In this document: positions 24,181 through 37,174 of the stretch, piece by piece
How the letters are laid out: the number at the start of each line of letters is the position of its first letter
How positions within the stretch are numbered: the stretch's first letter is position 1
Assembly: GCF_006345805.1 (NCBI RefSeq)
Contig: NW_021835501.1
Location: forward strand, 1-52,408
Direction: 5' to 3'
DNA length: 52,408 nt
DNA from: Octopus sinensis
Lineage: Eukaryota
The notes under the pieces: model-generated
What the model was told of the DNA's origin: nothing
Database searches by the model: none
The model's input: the letters and a program-made list of their open reading frames with translations, nothing else
Translations under genes and position numbers: made by a program

Positions 24181-24342
24181 GCCGGAAAAGACCGTTTAAC
24201 CCTATTACTTGGCGATAATGCTTCAGGAAACTTCAGACTGAATGAAGGCAATGCTCGTTTACCATTCAGGGACAGCGCGACTAACGAGGCGGGATGTCAA
24301 AATACATATCTGCCTGTGATATTAAAATCAAACAAGGTCTGA
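24181..24342 (+). pseudogene. pogo/Tigger-type DDE transposase fragment
   Basis: KDRLTLLLGDNASGNFRL...LPVILKSNK resembles the pogo/Tigger motif KDRLTLLLGxNAxGDFKL...LPVxWxSNKKAW. Confidence 0.7.
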
Positions 24343-24454
24343 ACGACAATAAAAAATTTCACACAGATACTTGTATCATGCTTTAGTCTCGTAGAGAAAA
24401 ACACAAAATGTTATTGAGAAGAACACGACCTTAAACCTATAGTATTTATCTTTT

Positions 24455-24635
24455 AAGTTCTATCTTTTACTTGTTTCTGTCACTAGATTGCGACCGTGCT
24501 GGGGCACAGCCTAGAAGGATTTTAGTCGAACGAATCGACCCCAGCACCATTTTTTTAAAGCCTGGTACTTATTTTATTGGTCTCTTCTGCCGAACCGCTA
24601 AGTTACGGGGACGTAAACACACCAATACCGGTTAA
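24455..24635 (-). mobile_element. SINE type C tail fragment
   Basis: TCTTTTACTTGTTTC...CCGAACCGCTAAGTTACGGGGACGTAAAC. Confidence 0.75.
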
Positions 24636-24722
24636 GAAGAAGGAGAAGAAGAAGAGCCAACGAGGAGCTCTTTTTACTTGGTCACTCGACCTGTTAGAAA
24701 TAACAGCCACATCGTCCTCAAA

Positions 24723-24872
24723 CCGCAATGGTCCAGTGGTTAGGGCAGCGGACTCACGGTCGGAGGATCGCCGTTTCGATTCCCAGACCGGGCGTTGTGT
24801 GTGTTTATTGAGCGAAAACACCTAAAGCTCCACGAGGCTCTGGCAGGGGTAGGAGGCGACCTTTGTTGTACT
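24723..24872 (+). mobile_element. SINE type R head fragment abutting the LINE
   Basis: GCAATGGTCCAGTGGTTAGGGCAGCGGACTC...AAAGCTCCACGAGG. Confidence 0.8.
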
Positions 24873-26330
24873 CGAATTGGTTTGACTGTGGCTTTGAAGA
24901 TTTTAAGTTTGAAATTTCTACTTAGATTTGATGACCAGATCTTATGCATATCATTACAGGCTGACCAGGCCATACCCTTTCTAGTTAGAAAATCATTTCC
25001 AGATGATGATATGTATGACCCAAGATATTTGTAATCAGAAACCGTATTTAAGGGCGTATTGTTGAGAGTATGGATGATGCAATCACTGTTGGACAGTCAC
25101 TTGTTTACATATTCAGTCTTGGACTCATTGAGGTAAAGACCTACACAATTTGAGGCTTGTTCAAGAGATTGTAAAAGAGACTGGGCATTGGAGTGAGAAT
25201 CACTGATAAGAGCGATGTCGTCAGCAAAGTCAGTGTCTGTTAAGTATTCAGCTGAGTGTCTGGAACTTCTTCTAGGTTTTATTTCAAAGCCCTTGCCAGA
25301 GATGGTATCAACTGACATACGTAGCACATAGTCAACGACAATGATGAAGAGAAATGGGGCGAGTGTGTCTCCCTGCAGTATTCCGGCTTTGATTGAGAAA
25401 AATGATGTTTCTCCATCAGGGGTTAAGATGGTTGAAGACGTATCTGTGTAGAGGACCTTGATAGCAGAAATGATTTTGTCTGGAATCCCATAGAGCTTAA
25501 GGATTTCAAACATCTTGTACCTATCTACAGAGTCGAACGCTTTAGAAAAGTCTACAAACACTATTGCAAGATCGCGATTAAATGCTTTTGATTCTTCAAT
25601 AAGTCTGCGTAGGCATAGTATTTGGCTCAACGTTGAGTGCCCATGTCTGAATCCATTTTGATTCTTTCGGAGCAAAGGTTCAACAAAAAGGACGAGACGG
25701 TTTAGAATCAGTTTGTTGTACAATTTTGCAGCAATTGACATTAGAGATATACCCCTGTAGTTGGTGACGAGGGATAAATGATTTGAGATTGGTGCCAAAT
25801 CTTTGGAGCTATAAAAGTGGAAAGTATGTGGTTGCAACGATTGAGCAAAAGTACGTGAAATCTATCATCCTTCCAAATTATAGCTGGGATGTTGTCGGGA
25901 CCAAATGCTTTCGAGGCTTTCAGTTGTTTAGTGGCAGCTATTAGTTCAAATATGGTAAAAGGGGAGGTGTTGATGTCCAGCGTGTCTGATATAGGCACAC
26001 TTGGAAGAGTGGGGTTATCAGGGATTTTGGCATTCTTTCAAAGAAGGTTTTTAAAATGAATTGACCAATTTTCTAAACGCTTCTTAGCTGATCCCCCTTT
26101 AATTCTAATTGATGACCCAGAATTTTTGCCTGATAGGTCTTTGATGGATTTCCAGGAAGATGTTGTTTTTTACTAATGTGCTCTTTGGATGGTTTGCTAA
26201 TTTTGCCGTTGATAAAGTCGACCTCGGCGTTCAAGTAAGCATCATCAAGATTCTTCTTGGCAGTTATGAGTTGGATCTTCAGTGACTGGGATGGAGAACG
26301 GTGGTAAGCTAGTGATATAGACTTTAGATG
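24873..26330 (-). mobile_element. Decayed RTE-clade LINE, reverse transcriptase region
   Basis: KAFGPDNIP, YRGISLMSIAAKLYNK, QNGFR, FVDFSKAFDSV, GILQGDTLAPFLF, FADD, then MAWSACNDMHKIW; broken by frameshifts and stops; no endonuclease seen. Confidence 0.9.
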
Positions 26331-27165
26331 GTGTAACCTACTATAGTGTGGTAAACTTTCAGTCCCTAGTCTAGATTACGAATCCTCTGTACCCCAGGAT
26401 GGTTCAGCTCTCAACACGTTAAAAGCCACCGTTTATAGAATGAGGATAACAACGTAGCTTTCGCGGCTGTGCAACCGCCAGTCTATCGCGTGTGTTAGGT
26501 GGATCTTCAAGTTGCCACACGCATTCTTAGTAGCTTAGAGTAGGCTCGAATTAGAGATTATTCTTTGTGGTTAATGGCGTGAGTCCTGATTGGAAGAAGA
26601 AGAAGACAACAACAATAGTAACATGAACAACGAGCTGTTATTTGAAGCAGGTCAAACGACAACATGGAGTCCTCGTTGGATCAAACACCGGCATATTTTG
26701 GGAAGCCGGTAATTAAATCAGCTTTCTTACACGCTGTGGGGAGTGGTTTATGAAAGATTTGGTTGCTATTTCTAGCTTGTTGACTGACTACTTGTGAGCT
26801 CCCTACACTCGCTCACCTATCGCTTGCCTTCGTTTCTTTCTCAGTGATAAAATTAATCTTCAGCTACCAACTGTATTCGCCCATACATTCTTATACTCGA
26901 TCATTCTGTCATTCAGTCAATTCTGTCATTCAGTCAATCTCATTATCGTTCGGCTTTTCCATTACGAATACCTAACACCCAGTTCTGAAAGGAAATCGAT
27001 TGTCAATGGAGAATATATATATATACACACATACATACACACATACACACACACACCACACCACACACACACACACCCACAATATAATATATATATATAC
27101 ACACACATACATACATACACACACATATATATATATAGTATTACATATATATATATTATGTAAAG

Positions 27166-27199
<34 letters not shown>

Positions 27200-27636
27200 C
27201 ATAAATACACAACATCATACATACATATATATATTAATCAGCCGAAATTGCTAAGATGATCTGGTTCTTGACTGATGACTTTGAGGGCTTCGAATGTCCC
27301 GTCCTGTGGTTCTTGTGTCGTCTCTGTGGTGTTTCATGTTCTTGTCCATGTCTGTAATTATTTTTACTGTTTACCTATATATATATATATGTATATATAT
27401 GTATATACACACATACATACACATATATATATATGTGTATATATATATATATATAAATTGCAAACATAGATACATACGCACCTACACCACACACACACAC
27501 ACACACACACACAAACCCACCACCTATACAACCTATACACGTACACAGACACACACCCGTAAATATACATGCACATCAGTATATCGTGTGTGTATGTATA
27601 TATATTTATATATGTAATATATATACATATATGTAC

Positions 27637-27684
<48 letters not shown>

Positions 27685-27692
27685 TGTACATA

Positions 27693-27723
<31 letters not shown>

Positions 27724-27752
27724 ATATACTATATAATATATATATATATATC

Positions 27753-27785
<33 letters not shown>

Positions 27786-28074
27786 ATATATATATTTATA
27801 TATGTATACACACACACACGCATATACAAATATACACAAGCACACAGACAGACGCTCGCCCAAGCAGACACACATAGGTACACACAAACATATCTCTTTT
27901 ATGCAGTCTGTCAAGCATGTATTAGTCTGTGTTCGTGTGTGTTTCTGTGTGGTCATGCGTAAACGTGACAATGTGTGAGTGCATGTCTACCTATAAACAA
28001 GCAATACGTATACATACTCTCACGTAAACGATAACACGCAAACATTAATGTAGACAAACGTGGTGATATTCTAT

Positions 28075-28084
28075 CCATCCATCC

Positions 28085-28129
<45 letters not shown>

Positions 28130-28329
28130 CTATCTATCTATCTATCTATCTATCTATCTGTCTGTCTGTCTGTCTGTCTGTCTGTGTGTCCGTCTGTCTG
28201 TCTGTCAGTCTATCTATCTGTCTGTATATCTGTCTGTCTATCTTTCTGTCTGTCTGTTTGTCTATCTGTCTGTCTGTCTGTCTTTCTGTCTGTCTGTCTG
28301 TCAGTCTGTTTGTCTATCTATCTATCTAA

Positions 28330-28411
<82 letters not shown>

Positions 28412-28488
28412 GCCTGTCTGTCTGTCTGTCTGCCTGTCTATCCATGTATGTATGTATGTATGTATGTATATATGTATGTATGTATGTG

Positions 28489-28555
<67 letters not shown>

Positions 28556-28564
28556 GTCTGTCTA

Positions 28565-28623
<59 letters not shown>

Positions 28624-28650
28624 TTATTTATTTATTTATTTATTTATTAA
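28075..28650. repeat. Compound (TCTA)/(TCTG)/(TATG)/(TTTA) tetranucleotide array
   Basis: Direct reading. Confidence 0.95.
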
Positions 28651-28809
28651 ACTACCCAACCAGAACGTTATAATAGCAAGCTAGCTAACTTGCTATCTTT
28701 CAGAATGTGAATACAGCTGTTATACAGCTATATGTGAGTGTGCGTGTGTGTGCTGTATATGTGTGTGTTGTTTATGTGTGTCCGTGTGGGGATGGGTGGT
28801 GTGCGCAAC

Positions 28810-28861
<52 letters not shown>

Positions 28862-29394
28862 GTTAGAGAGAAAGAGAGAGAGAGAAAGAGAGAGAGAGAG
28901 AAAGAGAGAGAGAATAACTGAGGAGTTGTTTCTTTATTTCTCTCTTTCGATATGTCTCATTCCTGTTTCATGTTTGTAACAGGGCATTAGTGTGTTTGTG
29001 CATATGTGTGTGTGTGTTGTGTGTGTGTGTGTGTGTGTGTGTACGTGTACGTGTGCATGTGTACAAGAAAGAGAGAGAGAGAGGAGACAGACAGACAGAC
29101 TAGTGTAGATAAATTTAATAGAAAGTTCCTTCTTTAATCTCTACAAATACCCTCTCTCTCTCTCTCTCTCTCTTTCTCCATCACCTTCGATCTCTGACAC
29201 TCTCCTTCTCTTTCTACTTCTATTTCAAAATGTGAACGAGGAACTGCATTGCTTGCCATAAGTCGATCAATCAATAGTCACAACTAATCACGTAGCTGTG
29301 ACTAGAGTGAGACTTAACATTCTTAACGTAGTGAAATACCTACAGACATGTTACTCTTTCACATAACGCATGTGTATATATGTATGTGCATACC

Positions 29395-29870
29395 TACCAA
29401 CCTACCAACAAACCTACCTACCTACCTACCGACCTACCTACCTACCGATCTACCTACCTACCTACCTACCTACCTACCTACCTACCTACCTACCGACCTA
29501 CCTACCTACCGACCTACCTACCTACCGACCTACAAACCAACCAACCTACCTACCTACCTACCTACCTACCGACCTACCTACCAACCTACCTACATACCTA
29601 CCTACCTACCTACCGACCTACCTACCAACCTAACTACCTACCTACCTACCTACCTACCTACCTACCTACCTACCTACCTACCTACTTACCTACCTACTTA
29701 CCTACCTACCTACCTACCTACCTACCTACCTACCTACCTACCTACCAACATACCTACCTAACTACCTACCTATCTACCTACCTACTTACCTACATACATA
29801 CATACCTACCAACCTACCTACCCACCCACCTACCTACCTACCTACCTACCTACCTACCTACCTACCTACA
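29395..29870. repeat. (CCTA)n array with CCGA/CCAA variants
   Basis: Direct reading. Confidence 0.95.
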
Positions 29871-30080
29871 TATATAGATAGATGTATAGATAGGGATATC
29901 TTCTAGCGATTCATCAATGTGTATTTTCACATACATTGATATATACATACGTACGTACGTATGATATGTACATATTGCATAACCCCCCGCTACAGAGTTT
30001 CATTGTAGTCATACCAACAATCTTGACGCTGTGTAGCAACAGGCTTTACATTTCATGTATATATATATATATCTATATAT

Positions 30081-30138
<58 letters not shown>

Positions 30139-30145
<7 letters not shown>

Positions 30146-30390
30146 ATAATATGTGACAATTATTCAGTAGCCATGATAAAACTCCGAGTTTCGGATGTCG
30201 GGGCGGATTTTTTTTCGATGGCCGGATAACTGAAGAGATGGCGGCGTCGGTTTCTGCCCCGACATCCGAACTCGGAGTTTTATCATGGCTACCGAATAAT
30301 TGTCACAAAATATATTTACAGATAAATTCCTCTATTTACATATATATCGAGGTCTCTTTCATTCTTTTGTTGTCTTACCATTTCTATCAT
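30139..30390. mobile_element. Foldback MITE, ~70-bp visible arms
   Basis: TGTAAATATAATATGTGACAATTATTCAGTAGCC...GTCGGGGCGGA (from 30139) pairs with 30253-30320; right side runs on to (TA)n. Confidence 0.82.
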
Positions 30391-30541
30391 ATATATATAT
30401 ATATATTAAGGTATGTAGAAATACAACCATGGACAGAACGTATAACTCTTAGAAGACGATACAATAAACTGGACAGGACATCGAACCCCTCAGTCTTCAG
30501 TAAAGAACCGGATCATCGTAGTAATTTCGGCTGATTAATCT

Positions 30542-30616
<75 letters not shown>

Positions 30617-30800
30617 TATATATATCTATATATATGGCAGTGTCCCCAGTATGGCCTCAGCCTCTGACTGAACCAGTAAAACTATATAATATATATATAT
30701 ATATATATATAATATATTATATATTATATTATATATATATATATATATATTATACTTTGGTACACATTTTGACAACTACACACATACATCTACATAAAGA

Positions 30801-31160
30801 GTGTTACGGTTTGATGTAGCACCCACTGTCCATGAGTATTCAAACTGCTGACAATTTTAATCAAAAGAAATACTGCCATTTCAAGCAAACAGACCTAAAC
30901 CTTCACCACATCTACTCAGACAATCACCCTAACGTGCTATTCCAGTTCCATGTGGTTGAGAAATCTATGACCAAAGATAACAACTTGCTTGAAAAATCTG
31001 AGCTAGATGGCTTTCATCTAGCACATTGAGCTTTGTGTTCTTGCTTCAGATTGAAGTAACCGTTGATATTGATGCAAAGAGCATCGTAAGTGTTTCAGTC
31101 ACAGCTAAAAGTGGAGGCAAAGAAAACAAAATTACTGTATTTAATGGCAAAGAGACGCGA
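30801..31160 (+). pseudogene. HSP70: Cytosolic HSP70 substrate-binding-domain fragment
   Basis: Across frames: [37 protein letters not shown]...[42 protein letters not shown], matching HSP70 [70 protein letters not shown]; several frameshifts and stops. Confidence 0.88.
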
Positions 31161-31344
31161 CTTGTTAGACGTACCCCAAATTCAGTGCATGTTCAGGGAG
31201 GGAAAAATGTTTTAGTTCAGAGGTTCTCAACTATTTTTTACTTGTAGAATCCTTTAATTCTTATTTTACTCTACGGGATGCCCTATAGCCATTTGATGCT
31301 AAAAGAAATCCTATTACAATTTTTACCATTAAATGTTACTCTTT

Positions 31345-31545
31345 TACTCTTTTACTTGTTTCAGTCATTTGATTGTGGCCATGCTGGAGCACCGCCTTTA
31401 TTCGAGCAAATCGACCCCAGGACTTATTCTTTGTAAGCCTAGTACTTATTCCATCGGTCGCTTTTGTCGAACCGCTAGATTAGGGGGACGTTAAAACACC
31501 AGCATCGGTTGTCAAGCGATGTTAGGCGAACAAACAGACACACAG
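31345..31545 (-). mobile_element. SINE type C 3' half
   Basis: TACTCTTTTACTCTTTTACTTGTTTCAGTC tail. Confidence 0.85.
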
Positions 31546-31595
31546 CCATCTTAAGAAACAAAAAGAGAGAAAAGAAAAAAAAGGGAGGAATTATA

Positions 31596-32290
31596 GGCGC
31601 AGGAGTGGCTGTATGGTAAGTAGCTTGCTAACGAACCACACGGTTCCGGGTTCAGTCCCACTGTGTGGCATCTTGGGCAAGTGTCTTCAGCTATAGCCTC
31701 GGGCCGACCAATGTCTTGTGAGTGGATTTGGTAGACGGAAACTGAAAGAAGCCCGCCGTATATATACTTCGAAAACGCAGAGTGGATGAAACAGGGACAA
31801 CTGAAGAAGAGGAATATTCTTTATGTTGCATGTTTCGTTTCTCTGCTTTTTCGTTGTTTGAAAAAAAGTTCGTTTCTATATTTTTGTTTTCATGTTTTCG
31901 TTTCTCATTGTGTTCAACGTTTTTTGATGTCCTGTACCCATATATGCATGTATATATATACATATATATGTAGGTGTGTACATATACGTATGTGTATATG
32001 CATATGTTTATATATTATTTATATTATATTATATATATATATATGTGTGTGTGTGTGTGGTGTGTGTGTGTGTGTGTGTGTGTTTGTGCGTCTGTGTTTG
32101 TCCCCCCCCAACATCGCTTGAAACCGATGCTGGTGTGTTTACGTCCCCCTAACTTAGCGGTTCGGCATAAGAGACCGATAGAATAAGTACTAGGCTTACA
32201 AAGAGTAAGTCCTGGGGTCGATTTGCTCGACTAAAGGTAGTACTCCAGCATGGCCACAGTCAAATGACTGAAACAAGTAAAAGAGTAAAG
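31596..32290 (+). mobile_element. SINE type C with a foldback arm inserted in its internal microsatellite
   Basis: Head 31596-31760, insert ~31760-32040 matching the 50580-50810 arm, tail 32090-32290. Confidence 0.85.
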
Positions 32291-32420
32291 AATAATTAAA
32301 AAAATTTGACCCTTCATCCGTGAAATAAGCAAAGAAAAACAAAAACAAGAAAAAAAACCTGAAAAAAAAACAAAACAAAAACGCGATAATTACAGATTCA
32401 ATCCTTTTTTTTTTTTTACA

Positions 32421-32837
32421 TATTTCTTTACTACCCACAAGGGGCTAAACACAGATGGGACAAACAAGGACAGATACACGGATTAAGTCGATTATATCGA
32501 TACTAGTGCGTAACTGGTACTTAATTTATCGACCCCGGAAGGATGAAAGGCAAAGTCGACCTCGGCGGAATTTGAACTCAGAACGTAGCAGCAGACGAAA
32601 TACCTATTTCTTTATTACCCACAAGGGGCTAAACACAGAGGGGACAAACAAGGACAGATACACGGATTAAGTCGATTACATCGATCCCAGTGCGTAACTG
32701 GTACTTAATTTATCGACCCCGGAAGGATGAAAGCCAAAGTCAACCTCGGCGGAATTTGAACTCAGAACGTAGCGGCAGACGAAATACCGCTGAGCATTTC
32801 GCTCGACGTGCTAACGTTTCTGCCAGCTCGCAGCCTT
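32421..32837 (-). mobile_element. SINE type M dimer
   Basis: Junction GACGAAATAC|CTATTTC at ~32603. Confidence 0.9.
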
Positions 32838-32972
32838 ATCCTTTTTTTTACCATTGGTTCATTTGATCATAGCTATGGCTTAAACCTAAATAACAACTGG
32901 TACTAATATTACTACTACTACAACAACGCCAACAAGATAAGCCAAAAGATTTGAGAGAGCAAGAGAGGGGGA

Positions 32973-33019
<47 letters not shown>

Positions 33020-33187
33020 GGTGGGAAACAATCCAAATCGAATAAACGACACGACAGAGTTATGCCCGTAAACGCCGATTTTATCAAAAACCTTTTTATT
33101 CTGCGTAAGTCGTGCATTGAGCCCTTTGTATTTGACAGTGGTTTCTTCTGTTGCAAGCAACAGGTTTTTTTCATCGTTTTTATAGCT

Positions 33188-33330
33188 ATAGGCGCAGCCG
33201 TGGCTATGTGATAAGATGCTTGCTTCCCAACCACATGGTCACGAGTCCAGTGGGAAGGTGTCTTCTTACTTTCTTACTATAGCCTCGGACCGACTAAAGT
33301 CTTGTGAGTGGATTCAGTACACGAAAACTG
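33188..33330 (+). mobile_element. SINE type C head fragment
   Basis: GGCGCAGCCGTGGCTATGTG...CTATAGCCTCGGACCGAC. Confidence 0.75.
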
Positions 33331-33604
33331 AATTTTATATAATACAAAATGGGACAAGAATGCAAAACATCCGGACAGCTAGGTGATACAAAAAGGGACA
33401 ACAAAACATCCAGTTAGACGATACAAAGAAAACAAGGACGGGTCGTTCGAAGTTTTCTTTCTTTTGTCAAGCATCAGATAATCCTCGCAATTTCGGCTGA
33501 TTATTCTTGTATATATATATATATATATATGGGGAGAATTCTCAAAAAAACAAAAGACAAAAACAGGTGGTGTAGACAGATATATTAGTATAACGCTCGG
33601 GAAG

Positions 33605-33640
33605 TCTTTAACATTTCGAGCCTACGCTCTTCCACAGAAT
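33605..33640 (-). ncRNA. Second copy of the CUGU-N-GA hammerhead-like motif
   Basis: ATT CTGTGGA A GAGC-GTAG-GCTC GAAA TG TT AAAGAC. Confidence 0.55.
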
Positions 33641-34097
33641 ATATAAAGAACATGAGGGGTTTAGTTCACTGGTGATCTAAACGAATAGGTACGCTGAGTA
33701 AGCGCTATAGTTGGTCGTCCGTTAGTTTACAAGTTCATAGCTGAAGCTGGATTTAGGGATCCGTATTACTTTCCGATATAGCAGGTGTATATTGTATTAT
33801 ATATGTGCCGACGGAATTTGAACTCTGAATGCAGAGACGGATGAAATGTATCATGCCCAGCGTGCTAATGATTCTGCCATTTCGCCGCCTTAACGGTCCA
33901 ACTAATATTATTTGGAAAAAGCACTGGGGAATTACCGTGGGGTATTTCGGATAAAATTAATAATTTGTGGGGAGGGGTCAACCTTAAGTGAGTGAAAACT
34001 AATAGACTTTCCAGACACGACCACTTCATCTTTTATCAAGAAGCAGTGTATCTAGGACTACATTATCCAATGTGCCTTTCTTAGCTTTGAAGATATA

Positions 34098-34565
34098 CAG
34101 GGTGGCCTAAAAGAAGGTTTACAGTTATTCAACTATCTCTTTCGCATTCATATATTAACAGTTTAGATCTTAATTATGAAAAAAATATGAAACCATTATT
34201 TTATGCTAATTTAGTTAATTTTGTCAAGCTCCCTTTTCAGTTTGTAAGGTGAAGGCGGCGAGCTGGCAGAAACGTTAGCACGCCGGTCGAAATGCTTAGC
34301 TGTATATCGTCTGCCGCTACGTTCTGAGTTCAAATTCCGCCAAGGTCGACATTGCGTTTTATCCTTTCGGGTCGATAAATTAAGTACCAGTTACGCACTG
34401 GGGTCGATATAATCGACTTAATCCGTTTGTCTGTCCTTGTTTGTCCCCTTTGAGTAGGCCCTTGTGGGTAGTAAAGAAATAAGAAATTTAAATGTAATAA
34501 AATCTTTTTAAAAGAAATTTAAGGTGCCTACGCGATAACTATAAACTTACTTTTGGGCCATCCTG
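34098..34565. mobile_element. Tc1/mariner-type MITE with nested SINE M (34253-34482)
   Basis: TIRs CAGGGTGGCCTAAAAGAAGGTTTACAGTT / AACTATAAACTTACTTTTGGGCCATCCTG; TA on both sides. Confidence 0.82.
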
Positions 34566-35063
34566 TATGATGTAATCAGAAAAAGAGTTGATTGCTATTT
34601 CTAATTTGTTATCGCAGTTGTTTAGCCCCAGGCCAGAATTGATCGAGTGGACCTGTGATCAAAGATTTCCTATCATGATATCCTTTACTCCGATGAAGTG
34701 TATCTAAGACTACATGATCTAATGTGTCCTTATAGTTAAATATGAGTTCGGTGTGCTCTGAGGGAGATCTAGAAGCTATTTCTAGTTGTGGTTGTTCAAT
34801 CCCAATTTAGTACTGATCGATTACATAGACATACATCAAAGATGTTCCAGCCATAACCATCCCAACAGTCCTAAATGCAGCAATCTGAATTGATACAGTA
34901 ATTCTAAGACTGATTCTAAGACTGCATTATCCTATTTTGGAATGACAACTCTGATGTGGTCTAAGAAAAATTTTGGTGTTGACTGCTATTTCTTGGAGAT
35001 TGAGCAACTACTTCAGGGTTTTCATTTGATATGGTTGTTAGTGTGACTATATTGTATGTTGAA

Positions 35064-35297
35064 AAGGCGGCGAGCTGGCAGAAACGTTAGCACGCCGGGT
35101 GAAATGCGTAGCCGTATTTCGTCTGTCGTTACGTTCCGAGTTCAAATTCCGCCGAGGTCGACTTTGCCTTTCATCCTTTCGGGGTCGATAAATTAAATAC
35201 CAGTTACGCACTGGGGTCGATGTAATCGACTTAATCTCTTTGTCTGTCTTTGTTTGTCCCCTCTGTGTTTAGCCCCTTGTGGGTAGTAAAGAAATAT
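35064..35297 (+). mobile_element. SINE type M monomer (A tail)
   Basis: AGGCGGCGAGCTGGCAGAAACGTTAGC head through GTAGTAAAGAAATA. Confidence 0.9.
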
Positions 35298-35804
35298 ATA
35301 TTGTGTTGAAAGCTATGCAATAAATATATACACTACAACCGCCATCTCCGCCAGGTAAGATTTAGAAGGTCAATCCTTTTATATTTATCACTTCATAGCT
35401 GTGAGATTAAGTTCAAGTTCACACCTGTCTATGGTGTGGAAGTGTCTACTTATTTGTTTGCACGTGCGACAGCATTCGCTTAGGGTGGGGGTTGAGCCGG
35501 CTCCGACCAACGAGTTCACCACGTCCTTCACGAAGGCTGACCACATCCGACAGTTGGCTGCAGTCGAGACTGTAATGAATACTCACTCCCGAATCCACTG
35601 CCGAAGACCATAAATGTAGAAGCCCGATTGCGCTTCCACGTCTGCCTTTACCGTCGCCAGCCTCGTCTTCAGTTGTCTTCCAACTCGCTTGCGCCAGTCT
35701 AGGAGGAGATCCGCCTGCTTTTATTTATATATGAATATATGTAAGCATAAATCTTGCATCTAAGTAGAGAATCTAATTTAATTTATGTTTTTTTTTTTTT
35801 TCAG

Positions 35805-35871
35805 CAGACGATATGACTTCCTGGCGAAGAAGATGACTGAACTATCCTGATCTCTTTCCTCTACGTTTGTG
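35805..35871 (+). other. Candidate small exon, stops in all frames
   Basis: T-tract + CAGCAG acceptor and GTG|GTGAGT donor. Confidence 0.35.
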
Positions 35872-36467
35872 GTGAGTGAACCATGAATAAACACAGGAAA
35901 CCTATTTCTGGTTTTTCAAAATAGAGCTTATTTTACTTTTTCAAAGTGTAGATTGGAGACCAAAGTAAGTCACGGTCGTGATAAGTCATGTTGGATGCAT
36001 AATTAGCACAGATTATTTGTGGCAACAGACTAACAGAAAGGGATGTTCGAAATTTGGATAACTAATAGTTTGGAAGAAAACGATAAGAACAAAAGAACAG
36101 TGTGATGATTGTTATTTTTGTTTAGTTAACACCAATGGCATCAATCAAAATAACCATAGCAAGTAGATATCTCCTGGCTTAAGAATCAACATGAAAACCT
36201 CTTCCACAATCTTATAAATTACCCTTTTAATCTTTCTTTCACCCGTCGTAGCTCCCTGTAGTGCCACGCAGTTCACCACGGTCCTTGTAGTTACTCGCAG
36301 TTTCTTAGAGATGGTAATAAATCAGACACGCCAGATGTTGTAGAAGGTAACAGAAGTGTAGAAAGTGACGGCGCTTTTGAAGAAACTTCATCAATTATTC
36401 AACGTTTTAACTAACATAAACCGATCAGAAGTTCATCAGGGATATTCATTTCTTAAAGTAAATTTCA

Positions 36468-36790
36468 GTGGAGGCGCAATGGCCCAGTGGTAAGAGCAGC
36501 GGACTCGCGGTCGGAGGATCGAGGTTTCGATTCCCAGACCGGGCGTTGTGTGTGTTTATTGAGCGAAAACACCTAAAGCTCCACGAGTCTCCTGCAGGGG
36601 GTGGTGGCGACCCCTGTTGTACTCTTTCGCCTCAACTTTCTCCCACTCTCCATTCCTGTTTCTTGAGTAACGTTGCGATGGACTGGCATCCCGTCCAGCT
36701 GGTGGGGGGGGGGAGGGCACATACGCCACAGAAACCGGGAAACCAGGCCCATGAACCTGGCTAGGCTTGAAAAGGGGGTAAAAAAAAGGG
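36468..36790 (+). mobile_element. SINE type R with GCGATGGACTGG tail
   Basis: Matches the 7725 copy. Confidence 0.88.
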
Positions 36791-37174
36791 ATTTTCCTGA
36801 ATTGCTGGTCTCTAGGTTGAATGGAAGGAATTTGCTTCATTCTGGAACCAAGATTACATCTTGTAGCAGACATAATTATTTGCCGCTCCTTTTCTTTAAG
36901 GATAGCAATCAGATACATGTCTTGCTGTAACCGCTTTGCATGTTGCTGCATTGTATGCGAAAAGATCTCTCAGGTACAGAATTTCGCTTTCGTTGAGCTA
37001 TAACAAGCGTCTGATATTCAACTATAAAATTAATGTCATATTTTGAACTGATATTAATGGTAGCTACCTTGAGTCAATTATTTGTGGTGGCCTTGTGCGC
37101 GGGTGTCCATGGCTTTGGTTCAGTTTCGTTTGTGACCCTGTCATCTACTGCACTTTGCTTCTAATATAGATACA

